Below the pieces are notes generated by a model, which saw nothing but the letters and a program-made list of their open reading frames with translations, ran no database searches and was not told where the DNA came from. From Phoronis australis (Eukaryota > Animalia > Phoronida): a stretch of 39,162 bases of DNA. Location: contig NMRA01001215.1 in assembly GCA_002633005.1 (NCBI GenBank), positions 1-39,162 on the forward strand, read 5' to 3'. Positions 22,747 through 34,700 of the stretch are shown here, one piece after another. The position numbers and the translations under genes are program-made. The number at the start of each line of letters is the position of its first letter. Within the stretch, counting starts at the first letter, position 1.

Positions 22747-25700
22747 CTGCAAGTAGAAGTAAAAGGAACGTGCAGTTATTTGTTAGACTGGCTGAAACAG
22801 CATGAATCAGACCAACATACATGTAAGGTGTACTTTGTCAGGTAACCCTCATACTGTACTCAATATTCTGGATGTAAATTTACTCAACCTTGTCAATACG
22901 ATGTAGGGTAACAAAAGAGGAGGTGGTTTGGGTTAGTAAACTTAAAAGAAAAGGTCCTCTGTCTGGGGAGTAACTGAAGGCATGTCATTTCTAACGTTTA
23001 AGCTTACTTAGATTTCCTTACAGTGTAATAATTTCATTACATAAAATGTGGACTAAAGGTCAACTGCTACAGAATTTGCATAAAATAGTGAACGGCACAC
23101 GCAATACGCTCAGACTGTTTGGACGTGTGCAAGGCATCCAGACTACTTTTCTCTCACGACGACGTAAACACATTGGCCATCGTGTGTTGCAAATGCACCT
23201 TGCTTCTTGACGGTACATAAACTATAATTGCACGCGGTCTGATACAAGTTTTAACACACTTGCGCAGGCCTCGTCTGTGGGCCCATTGCACTGATCACCT
23301 GGAACAACTTAATTCTTTATCACTGTTTGTTTAAAACTGACCCCAGGCATTGTGAGTCAGTGGGATTCTAACCCACGACATTGCGTAAACAGAGCGAGCA
23401 CCTATCACACTAGGCCACACTGCGTCCTCTACTGAGGGTAGATACATGTACTGTATATGTAAACGTAAAAGAACTGACCTAATTTGGAAGTAGAGCATTT
23501 TAGACTCACACAAGATTTTGATTTATTGTTTTTTATATAAAACTCAAAACACACCTAAGGCAGTAACAGTACAATGCAAAGGTAGAGCAGTTCTAAACAT
23601 TACAATGAGGGTAGTGGGTCGAGGGCTGTGGGGTTCGAGGGGGTTTCAGAACAGTCCAAAATACTGGATTCGTAAGATTTTCAGCTTAATACAAAAAGGA
23701 GCGTTGATGAATAACTGAAATTAATGTGTGCTGTGAAAAAAGCGCAGATTTTACGTAATTTTAAGCTCGAATTTCACCGGGAACAAATTTTAATTGATAC
23801 TAGACAAAAATATATACATTCCTCCCTCATCTTTGTTTCGACGTTCGTTGATAAGAAAGCTTAGCAATTTCAGGTTGTCGTTAAAGCGATTTAGTTTTTA
23901 CTTAATGCTATGCTATTTCTCATCAATGAACAGAAATAATGTTTAAATAAGGTAAAGATATTGACATACCGGCTCCTTTTCCGCTTCCAGACTTAGTGGT
24001 ACCTGTAAATCAGAAATTAATTTCAAGAACAGCATATTTATAAGTGAATGTTGGTGCGCAAGATAAACTACAAAGTAAAGGGATGAAAGGTCACAGTGTG
24101 GGCGTCACAAAAGCAACATTAGATAATCATTGACAGTAGTAACATTTGTCGTTCGTTGAAACAGATGGTTCAAATGCAGTTGTTCGCTTAACAAGAAAAG
24201 TCCACTGTTTTTTCCTCAGAAAAAAGCCTGCAGGACCCATAAATTTAATCTGTGTCCGCGACACCTGATTTGGTGGACGTCCGGTAAAAGTTGGGTAAAG
24301 CCACATCGAGATTCTTAAAGAACGCCAGTGAAGCAATGCCAATGGTTGAGAACTCCCGAACAATTGACAAATCTAAAAAACCCGGCAAACTCAAAGACAA
24401 ATTCCTACACCGCAATGACGTTCGATGAGCCGGTGAATGAAATTCTTCCTGACGAATTAGGCAGCTTGAATCGAGACACGGATAATAGATTCTGCAGTCT
24501 CCAAAGAAATGTAGGGATTTGACAATACCTACAACTAAGCACAAAGGTTTTAGCCAACTGATGAATATATCAATGGGGACACGCCTACAAAAGGACCTTC
24601 AGTACCATATTAAACGGTAACGTGCATACATGTAAATAAAGATCATGCCTGTTCTCCTCAACTGGAACTTACATAAAAAATACCAGCAGACCTGTTGATA
24701 AACGTGGTAGAATCGGAAGCGCAAGGAAACAACTACCATCAGGGCGGCCTCAGTAGTTTAAAGTCCTGGTCCCAAAACGCCCATGTGGTTCCAGTATCCG
24801 AAAATACTTACTAAATAAAATCCAATTTTCGACACCCTCTCTTTATATTCTTTTCTCCTTTCTTGCCAAAAGCGATTTTTAACAGTATTTGATTTTTCTC
24901 TGTGAGCAGTGGGCAAGAAGTGTAAAGTTATTGCAATTTTTGTGGCGAAATTTGGGTCACTTTGTTTGGATCGTGTCGGCCATATTAGAGGACGTCGGGA
25001 TAGGTTACGAGTTTAAATCTTGATGAAAATTGTTTTCGCAAACAATTTACGGTGAAATTCAGTGAGACATATATTTACTTACTATTCTGCACGATTCATC
25101 AGTGTTCACCAATTTTCAGCCTCGCAGTTGTTATTCATAAAGTGATAAATGTGCACACAATTTCCGTTGTACTTCATCTCATTTCTGACGGCACCGACAA
25201 CATGGCGACTTTTGTCGAGCTGGAAGGCATGTTTAACCTTTGACTTTGTAATTTTTGAAGATTTAACGTTGATACATTTTGACAAAGGTTGCTACAAAAA
25301 AGGAACTTTGTTCAATTTTCGTGTTTTGTGGTTCAAAAATATGAGATATATTCGACTTATTTTACTTTGAATGTCCCGTTCAGGTGATCTTACACTAAGC
25401 TAAAAAAATAGTTGAAATAATTTTGAAATGTTTTTTTGTTCGACTGTAAAATGCTGTTGAAAGCTTGATTAGGTGTCACAAAATGATTCATGTTTTTCTC
25501 AATATTAAGTCTCAATTGCTTTCAAGTCATGTTTTGTAACTTATTGCTTCTTAATTCAGGTTATCAAGACAACAATATGAATAATCTTAACTTGAAAAAT
25601 AAGCTATGTTGGATTGTGAAGCTTCAAGCCTCCAATTCTTGTTTCCTGCAACTTCATAATTTTTTAATCATGCTTCTCAAATTCTGCTGTAAGGAAACAC

Positions 25701-28700
25701 TATTCGGTCACCATGGTAATAGTAACTGGTATGTCCACTTTCATATCATGCAAACTTGCTGTTGAGTAGTGCTTGTAATGCTAAATGTTGTAAAGTGTTT
25801 TGCATTTTAAGTTACGTATTATGTTAAATGTTTGAATCATTTTGTGTTAATGAATAAAATAATAACATTTTGAAAGTTTTGCTGTTGCATAATGCTTGTA
25901 ATGCTTAAATGTTGTAACGTGTCGTGCATTTTAATTTACTCATTTTGTTAAAAGGTTGAAACATTTTGGCAAAATGAATAACTTAATAACATTTTGTATT
26001 GGACTTGTCATAATTATGTGCTCGAACGAGCCCCGTATTTGGAGAAATAGAAGAAGGTCTGCCTCAGTCAGCGAAGCTAAAACTCCGAAAAAAGTAGAAA
26101 TCGAGACAATTTTCCACTAAAAGAAAGGAAGTATCAAAATGTAGCGTCTGCAATGTATAGCTCTGCATTTTATAGTAAGATAGACATTTCCGAATGTCCC
26201 AGCCCCCATTTCTGTAGGCTTGGTGCGCTCATACAATGTCTGGTAAAATCTCTGTTGAAAGCAAATAACTTTGCACAGTTCGCCAGAAGTACACAAGTTC
26301 TAAATAAACCTCGTTTGAGCGATTGCTGTGGCCAGCGACCAGGTAGGCCTTACGGTAGCCTTCACGCAAAGCGGCATAGGCCTACTATCAAGCTCTAGTT
26401 ATAGTATTCATACTGGTAGCTGGCACTGAAGCTAGCTAAGGGCTGCCGCGACAGTGTGACACAGGACTAACCAGACCGTAGCTTTATGCAAGTGTCAGAA
26501 ACTACATTTGAATGTATACGGTATTGTGATTTGAACAATTTACTTTGAAGAAACAGCTTGCAACCGCATGCCCTTACCGTTCGCCAGTGTCTGGTATCGA
26601 TCCCCACTGGCTCCGACAGGCTGCGGTCCCGAGTCCGGTAAAATAATTTCTGTCCAAATTTGTTCGCCACATTTCTTCAGCAAATTCGATAAAATTGTTC
26701 TTACTTTGATTTTATTAAAATTAAGGCGCGTTGTCGATTATTTTATCCGCATTTGAAGGCTGGTAACAGGCACTTGTCCATTCACACTGGCGGCGTTCTT
26801 TTAGCCTGGTTTCCTGAATGAATTGTACTTCCGGGTTTGCGGTAAGTTCAAAAATTTTGAAATAATACTAACGATGTCATATTCAAATTCATTGAGTTCT
26901 GACGTAGATGTAAAATTGGAAACAATCAGTTAAATGAAACATTTGCAGATGTCGGCATGTGTCTGGAAAGCAAACTAATCATCAACAAACAAAAACTGTC
27001 TTGCTTATAAAAATATTGTTCTGATACATGATCGTTGAGAGCAATTAATGATTCTTCGACAGTGTTTCCTACTATTGAGTAAGAGCGTGAGTATACTCCA
27101 CTCGTCCTGACCAGCTCGCACCTTCAGCTCAACACAACCTTCAGATTTTTTTAGAACCATTGAATGCTCTCTGATCTTAGTTCAAGTATTTCATTTGAGA
27201 GCTGTTTTGGAGGAATGTGATACACTCTAACTTCAAATCAAGCTTACTCGTATCCGGAGAAGGTGCTGTATTCACAGACCCAGTGGCAGGCTTGGCTGTA
27301 AAAACAGTTACACATCCATGCAAATGCCAATGAAATGTCAAGACAAGGAACTTTGTAGAACGTATAGTGTAATATACCTACATTGCACATGAAAAAACAT
27401 TTTCGCTCAAGGGTCCGATGCATGAACTTAATCGGGTGAACGCAGCCGCATAAGACGGATCAATTCCACAACAGTCCTAATTTGAATCTCACCAGATTCT
27501 TCTGAACAACACAATTTACAACAATACAACAGTATATGTCGTCAACATGTCCATATATAGGCAGTGTAATGACATTATTTCAACAGGCATCAAGTAATCA
27601 GGAAAAAATGTGTTCGTTACAAAACACACGCAGTCTACATCATTTACACGAATAGCTTTGGTGAGGAAATGACCATGTTACTGTTTATCGTTAAAGCAAC
27701 CAAATTTTAAGTCATAGTTCCTGTAAATAAGAAATTGAATTCGCGTGCAAACGACGACATACCGGCGGTCCAGGTGAATGGAAACGGCTGTTAGTTCATG
27801 CAATTCTACCTGACGACACAGGTAGTGTAATTCGTTGAAAGAATCATGGGTAATGAATTCACAAGTCTAAAAGTAAATCTACGTATATTGGTCGGACGAC
27901 AGTGTAATGGCAGTATTTGAACAGGCCTAAGGTAAAGCGGCACAACTGATGTCCATTGTCACCCGTCAATATGATCAAATATCAGAAAAAAAACAGCTTA
28001 CAAGAACTGTTCGAAATGTGTGGATAAAAAATGACGCTGTCACTACTTGTGACAAAAACGACCTAGCATCTACTTAGTGTTAAACTGTATCGCATCAATG
28101 AAAAGTTAATTTTAAATTAAAAATATATCGACATACCTCCATCTTTTCTATTTCCACTTAAACTAGTGGTTTCTGTAAAGAAGACGGTGCATACATGTAT
28201 AAGTCTATGTATCTATAAGAGAATGTTGATGCACAAGACAGGCTGCACAGCCAAGAGATGAATGGTCATTATGTGGGTGACAAAAGAGTAATATCAGATA
28301 ATACTTGACAACAATAACATATACCTTCATCTAAATAAATCAAGTTAACGATTTGTTCAAATACCTGCAATTAGCAAAATCATTAATTGACAACAAAACA
28401 TGTGTGTATTCATCGGCACTTAAAGCAGGCAGAACCCGAAAATCTATTCTCTGTCCATTACTACAATCTTGGTGGACCACATGTACTCAAAACACACCTA
28501 AGGCGGTAACAAAGGTAAAGCTGTTCTAAACATTACAAGGGGGTAGTTGGTCGAGGGGTGTGGGGTTTGAGGGGGTTTCAGAACAATTCAAAACACTGTG
28601 TTCTTAATACACACAAAACGTGTGTATTCATCTGCTCTTCAAGCAGGCAGAACCCAAAAACCTACTCTCTGTCCATTACTACAATCTGGGCGGACCACAT

Positions 28701-31700
28701 GTACGACTTGGATACAGCGCCATCGTGTAGACTCTGAAACTACGCCATTGGATTAACTTCAAAGCTCGAAAACTCTCAAACAATTGATGATCTGACCAAA
28801 TCTGAGACACACAATGATAAATGCTACTCAGTATACCTCAGCGACGTTCATTACGCTTAACTATTTTGATAACGTACAACGGAAGACGAAGCTGCCGAAT
28901 GGAAATCGCAATGATGCCTGAAATTTTACATGCGGACACGGGCAATGAGAATCGTGGAAAGTAACAAGGAGAAATATTTCCCAGTAATCGTCCAAGAAAG
29001 TAAATGGATTGGACAATACCTGAGTGACTCAGCACGATATATTTGAGAGTTTTTGCAAATGCTTTAATATGTCAAGAGAAGCATGTCTGCACAATTTGCT
29101 CAGGAACAAGCAACGTAGCAAAAGGGACACGTTTTCCTCAAACCGAACTTTGTAGAATCCGAAGCACAAGAATACAAAAATGCCATCAGGGGCGCCACAA
29201 TAGTTTATCCCGTTCGACTGAAAGAAGTAGGGGTGGAAAAAAACGACACAAAAAATATAAAAATATGTCAACACTGAGAATAACCTACTCGCCTTGACTA
29301 GCTTACACCTTCAACTAAACACATTCTATAGAATTTTACAAAACAACTGAATGCCCTGTGATGATAATTGAAGTATTTCAGTTGAGCCCTGACTCAGAGT
29401 AGGAGTGTAGTATGATGCATTAAAATTTCATTTTAAGCTTACTCGTATCTGCAGGAGGTACTTTATGCAAAGACTGATTTGCAGATGGTTTGGCTGCAAA
29501 AACACGTCCATGAAAATAACCAATGAATCTTCGAGAACAAAAGGTACTGAAGAGCTACTGACTAAATCCCTCCATAGTGGGTTCGTTGTGACTTACGTTT
29601 CAACACTTGACATTTATTTTCTCTTGGGGGTCCGATGCAAGATCTTTATCGGGTTTTCGTATGTATTTTTAGTAACTACTTGAAATGCTTTAATAAGAGA
29701 ATGTCGCTGTTACTGCTGCCGTGAACGTGACCAAGATTTTACTTAATGTTTAGCTCTATGCCACTCTAAGAACAGAGTGTCAATGTATATGTAATAGTAA
29801 ATTAGAGAAATATGAACGTACCGCCACCTCTGCCAATTCCAGTCAAAGAAGTTGTTCCTGTAAGCAAGAAATCGGTTTTACGATCACCACATCTACTGTA
29901 TAAGATAATGCTGATGCGCTATACAATAGCTACAGATTCAAGTGGAGAAATGTTACTGCGATGCTGCCACAAAATAGACATTAGAAAATAGTTCTGATGT
30001 AAAAACACCGGGAAACTCAATAGCAATTTGCTACTCAGGCCACCACACTGACTTCGATGAGCTTCGCTACTTTGAAAACGTGCTAAGGTCGGCAACTCTG
30101 CAATGGAGGCGAATGGAAATGGCCGCTGCTTCCCGCGAATCTATTGATGACGCGGGTATTTTAAATCGTGGAGACACTAAGAATAAATTCACGACACTAT
30201 AAGTAAATGTATGGAGGTTTGCAAAACCTGTAACTAAGCATAGCGTTAACACTTTTGCAAACTGGTGAATACTTCAATAGGAACACGTTTCTATAGTTCC
30301 TTATGTATGTTCAAGCACCATAGTACACGGACACGTGCTAAGTTGAAGGTTCATCGTATTCTCCTCAATCGGAGCTCATATAGCACAAAATCACTTAAGA
30401 AAACTTCGTAGAATCAGGGGCGCCACAGTAGTTAAACCCGTCCGAAAATCTGCATCAGTCGAAATTATCTCGATCGGAACTCATCTGTAATATTTCCTAA
30501 TGATACATTTTCGATAGCAGTTCTTAAATCATTCGCTTAATGGCGCCACCGGTCATGCAAAGCAGCAAGGGTAACATGTTGGAGTTCACTGCGGGAATGT
30601 TGTATACGGAAGATGACGAGTCGTTTAATAAGCTAAATTTATTCTCGGGCAGAAAACATTATTTCAAGATCAAGGGGTGACTATTATAGCACTCAAAAAC
30701 CAAAACATAGTTGAATGTTGATTCAACTGTCCAAACGATCGAGATTCCAAAATGAACTTTAACCGGAGTCAGCGGTTTAGACTCTGGGGCTGGCGTATGC
30801 TCCGAAAAGTGGCGACACTTCTACCCGCATATACTACAATTCGTAAACTTTCGTGAATGTCTTGATGCTTGAAGCCTGCTTTATATCCGACAACAGAATG
30901 CTTATGTGTTCACGGGGAACGTATTTAACGACATGTTGTCTAGTTGAAGGTGAGAGTGACTGAAGTTGCCTGACCAAACCGCTAACTTCTCAATTACAGT
31001 TTCTAAGCATTTTAAAATGAAGCGATTTTTACTAAATTCATCACTGATGTGTGCAAAGTTTTATTTTCAAAGTATGTGTGCGTTACAAGAACATGATCCT
31101 TCTTTCGAAGATACTGATAAATGTATATTCGGAACTACATTCTTCTGCCTCAACATTCGATTTGGCGACCTGCAGGTAGCCGATGCAACTTCAGTCTGTG
31201 TTTGTGTTTGGAGACCTGGGCCCGGTCTCCAATCTCCGTACTCAGACTCGAATCATGCTCAAACTCACACTTCATACTCAACTCGAGTACAGACTCAGCT
31301 TTGGTGTATTCAATGTCATACTCGAAAAATCTGTACTCGAAATTTCGAGCACGTACTCAGTTTTCGAGTGTACTCGAACTGAAGTGTATCTCATCCATAT
31401 TTCGAGTACGATTTTGAGTAAAAATTCNNNNNNNNNNNNNNNNNNNNNNNNNNNNNNNNNNNNNNNNNNNNNNNNNNNNNNNNNNNNNNNNNNNNNNNNN
31501 NNNNNNNNNNNNNNNNNNNNNNNNNNNNNNTTTCGGGACTGGGTGAGGAACTCAAGACGTAAAGCTTAATAATTTGCCAAGTGTATCAAAGAAATGGCAT
31601 AAGAATATTTATTGAAACTAAAAAATGAATAACAGTTACAGAACACTCAAAATTCCACGTTATAGACATACTCTTGTAGTTGTAGCGACAGCAGACGATA

Positions 31701-34700
31701 ATGTAGGCCTAGTTCTTGGGGTGGTCTATTCCAATAGGAAGCGATGAATCAGCGCGGCTTTGCGTGATTTTGCATTTCACATCATAAAGAGTTCCATAGC
31801 AACTCGAGTATGAGTGTCAGATTTGAGTACGTTTGGAGTCTACTCGAAATCCGACATTAGATACGCTTTTTTGAGTACGACTCCAGTGAGCACGATTTTG
31901 AGTATGAAATCTCGAGTATGAGTATGAGTCTGAGTACGGAGATTGGAGACCGGGCCCTGGTAAAAATTCCAAGTCGCCAAAAGGTTGCCATTGCAAATAT
32001 CCAAAACTAGCCCAATTTTTCCTCAAAATTCGCTTCAAGGGTCGTGATGATTTTCGATCTCAAAATTACTAATTGTTTACTAAAAATAATTAAGTTTGAT
32101 TTACAACTGTTCCGTTTAATACGTGGATTGAACAAGTTTGTTCCCACGCTGAAATTAGAAAAGGAATTAAAAAGATATAATTGTACGGCAGAACTAGAGT
32201 AAGATCTGAGAAATTTGCCCAATCAGGCCATGCTGTCGTCTGTATCAAGATCGTAAACCAGGTTTAACTTTAGACTTCGTCAGACCCAAATATGTCAAAC
32301 TTGCATGATCTAGGTGCTACTGAATGATGCCGCGGCATGCATTAACGACGCAGCATTAGAGCGAGAACGGAGCACACTTTCAATACTCAGTCTTACGACA
32401 ACACAAGATCAAACGTAACAGGGGGACCCAGAAGTTTTTGGAAGGCAGTTGTTAACCACCTTTGTAAAATCAGCTGTTAGCACTCGAAATCATGCTCTAT
32501 TATTTATTTATTTATTCATTTATTAATTTAATATTTACAATGAGGGTAGCCCCATCAGTTCACACTGCTTTCCATGGGGGCCCTCAGTTAAAACAAACAG
32601 ATAGTAAGACAAAAACAGAATTACACAATGAAAGACAAATTTAAGTGTTTGATTTTACTTTATTTCTGTTTATGTTGACAAAGGACGTCATTACATCCTA
32701 AAATTTCAGTTAATCCATTATTGTTGTTTTATTTACCTATTTACATTTTACATTTTACGAAATTGTTACATTTTACGGCATATCGGCGCTCATCAAAATT
32801 GCGGCAATGAACAGAGCACTCTCCTGCGAGCAGTTTGACTAAAAGAGAAGGACAAGAGAATGAACAGAATAATTAGAACAAATAGTTTGGTGTTTTTTAT
32901 AATAAAGGCATTTTTGCAACGTTTAATGAATATTTACCAAGGAACATGGTACAGATGTTTACATAAAAATAACACTTGAAGAACAACAATAGGCAAAGAC
33001 GATCGCTTATTTGCTTGTACCATAAATGTGCAATCCATGTAAGTATATTTCTACAAAATGTGCTGAGAATACATGAAGGGGTGCCCCAGATAATGAGTAT
33101 CTGATACAACAGCACTCACATGACACTGGTCAGCCCGAAGAAAGGGGATGGCAATGGCACTCATACAGTTCCATGTGGGTTCATAGAATATGACACCTGG
33201 CACATCGCATTTTGTAAATGTGTGACGGCGAGTTACATTCTCTAGTTTTATGCCAGATGTCATTCAGATTTACTGAGAAAATGGACGACACACACACATG
33301 AAATGAACAGCGTTGCACCGGAACAAAACTTTTTTACAGATTTTGATATTCAAAATGAGACGATAAAAATGACGAAGAAGTTTGATAATTTAGCTAAGAT
33401 AGACGAAGTAAATAAAGATATGACTTTAAACAATGACAAAAATGACATGATTAAGACAGGTAAGGTATAAAATGGTTAGGTAAACTACAGCTACTTTTTA
33501 CTATTGAAAGTATTAAGTGAATCGGAACTTTTAACTTTCGGGCTAGGAGAATTCCATATTGTAGCAGCAAATGTTGTCGGATATATCGCAATCTTAAAGT
33601 CAGATGTGCTTTCCCTCAAGTGACAGCACCTGCAAAATTTTTTGACCATCCTTTGAAACTTTCAGCAGACGATTAAAGAAACCGGCGTTAAAAGATGAAT
33701 ATTTAAATTAAATTGCCACAATAAGGGACAACTTGAGTGAGAATTAGACAGTGCCTGTTTCTCAAGAACTGGAACCCGTCATTCAAAGTTTGTGGGCAGA
33801 TGCAGACAGTGGAAACTTGTGAGGCCTGCATGAGTTTAGGTTTTTGGAAACAAACTAGTCACTAAAAAGACTTTTTAAATTTGAATCCTCTTAATCTGAC
33901 AAACGGTATAAGCAGCATCAAGGTGACCTAAAAATTTTCACTGAACTAAGAAAAATTCACCATTTTAGTACTGCCACTGAAAACATGTCAACTCTGTGCG
34001 TATACCGTACTTGTCCTGATAAGCACCCACATCCAGTTACACAATCTCTCCAGAATACTTCATAAACGTTGAATGGTCTTTGGGGTTAATTCAAGTATTT
34101 CATTTGAGCACTCGAAGAAGAGCCAAACTGCAATTTAAGCATACATACTCTTCACTGTAGGAGTTTCTGTATTCACAGACGGAGTTCCAGTGGGTTTGAC
34201 TGCAAAACAGTTAAAAGACATCCATGCAATTTGTCTATAGAATTTCAAGACAAGGATTGACAAGTGTGTGGCTGAAGTTCAACCCTGAAATGGCAATTAG
34301 GGAGATCTGCATTTACCTGACAAATAAGAACATCGGAATTTGGTTAGCCCCGTAACAACTGGGGTGCAAAACAGAACAAAAGTATATGTAGCTGGCGGTA
34401 TTCACGAGAGCAATTTTGCCGAATTGCTCGAGCCACCAAAGATATGCCAACGAACTGCATTGATCACTGTCATGCTAGAGTCTTCTAGAAAGTTTCTCAA
34501 TATACTGTAGTAAACAAATGACATCATCATTGCACTGATCGTAGTCTTCTAGAAAGTTCCATACTATTCAGTAGTGAACAACAAATTGTTTCATCCCTGT
34601 ACTCTACTTAAATCAGGGTCATGTCAATCAAACAGAACCACACAAAGCATTTGATCGCTGTATTCTGAAGAGTTTTGACCAAAAACGCATTGGTTCAAAA

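Noticed and set aside
23355-23427. Functional tRNA gene
   Set aside because: B box is degenerate (GGTTAGAA) and the stems do not pair into a cloverleaf; treated as a SINE head.
24328-24522. Plus-strand ORF in the triplicated intron block
   Set aside because: The frame is not preserved in the two paralogous blocks.
24900-26900. Gene starts inside the stalk intron (ATGGCG near 25202; minus-strand ORF 26467-26670 with a donor)
   Set aside because: No recognisable protein; probably the interior of an inserted element whose ends I could not define.
28325-28330. 6-nt micro-exon (tttag|ATGAAG|gtatat) in the Ig gene
   Set aside because: Weak donor and no counterpart in the other two modules; likely chance.
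30966-32038. Overlapping 73-138 aa ORFs
   Set aside because: They run through a MITE and the N gap; by-products of repeat sequence.
32897-33263. Cys/His-containing ORFs suggestive of a zinc finger
   Set aside because: No consistent ligand spacing or splice context.
34316-34357. 42-nt in-frame exon candidate (VTGLTKFRCSYLS), coordinates approximate
   Set aside because: Poor pyrimidine tract and composition unlike the stalk exons.
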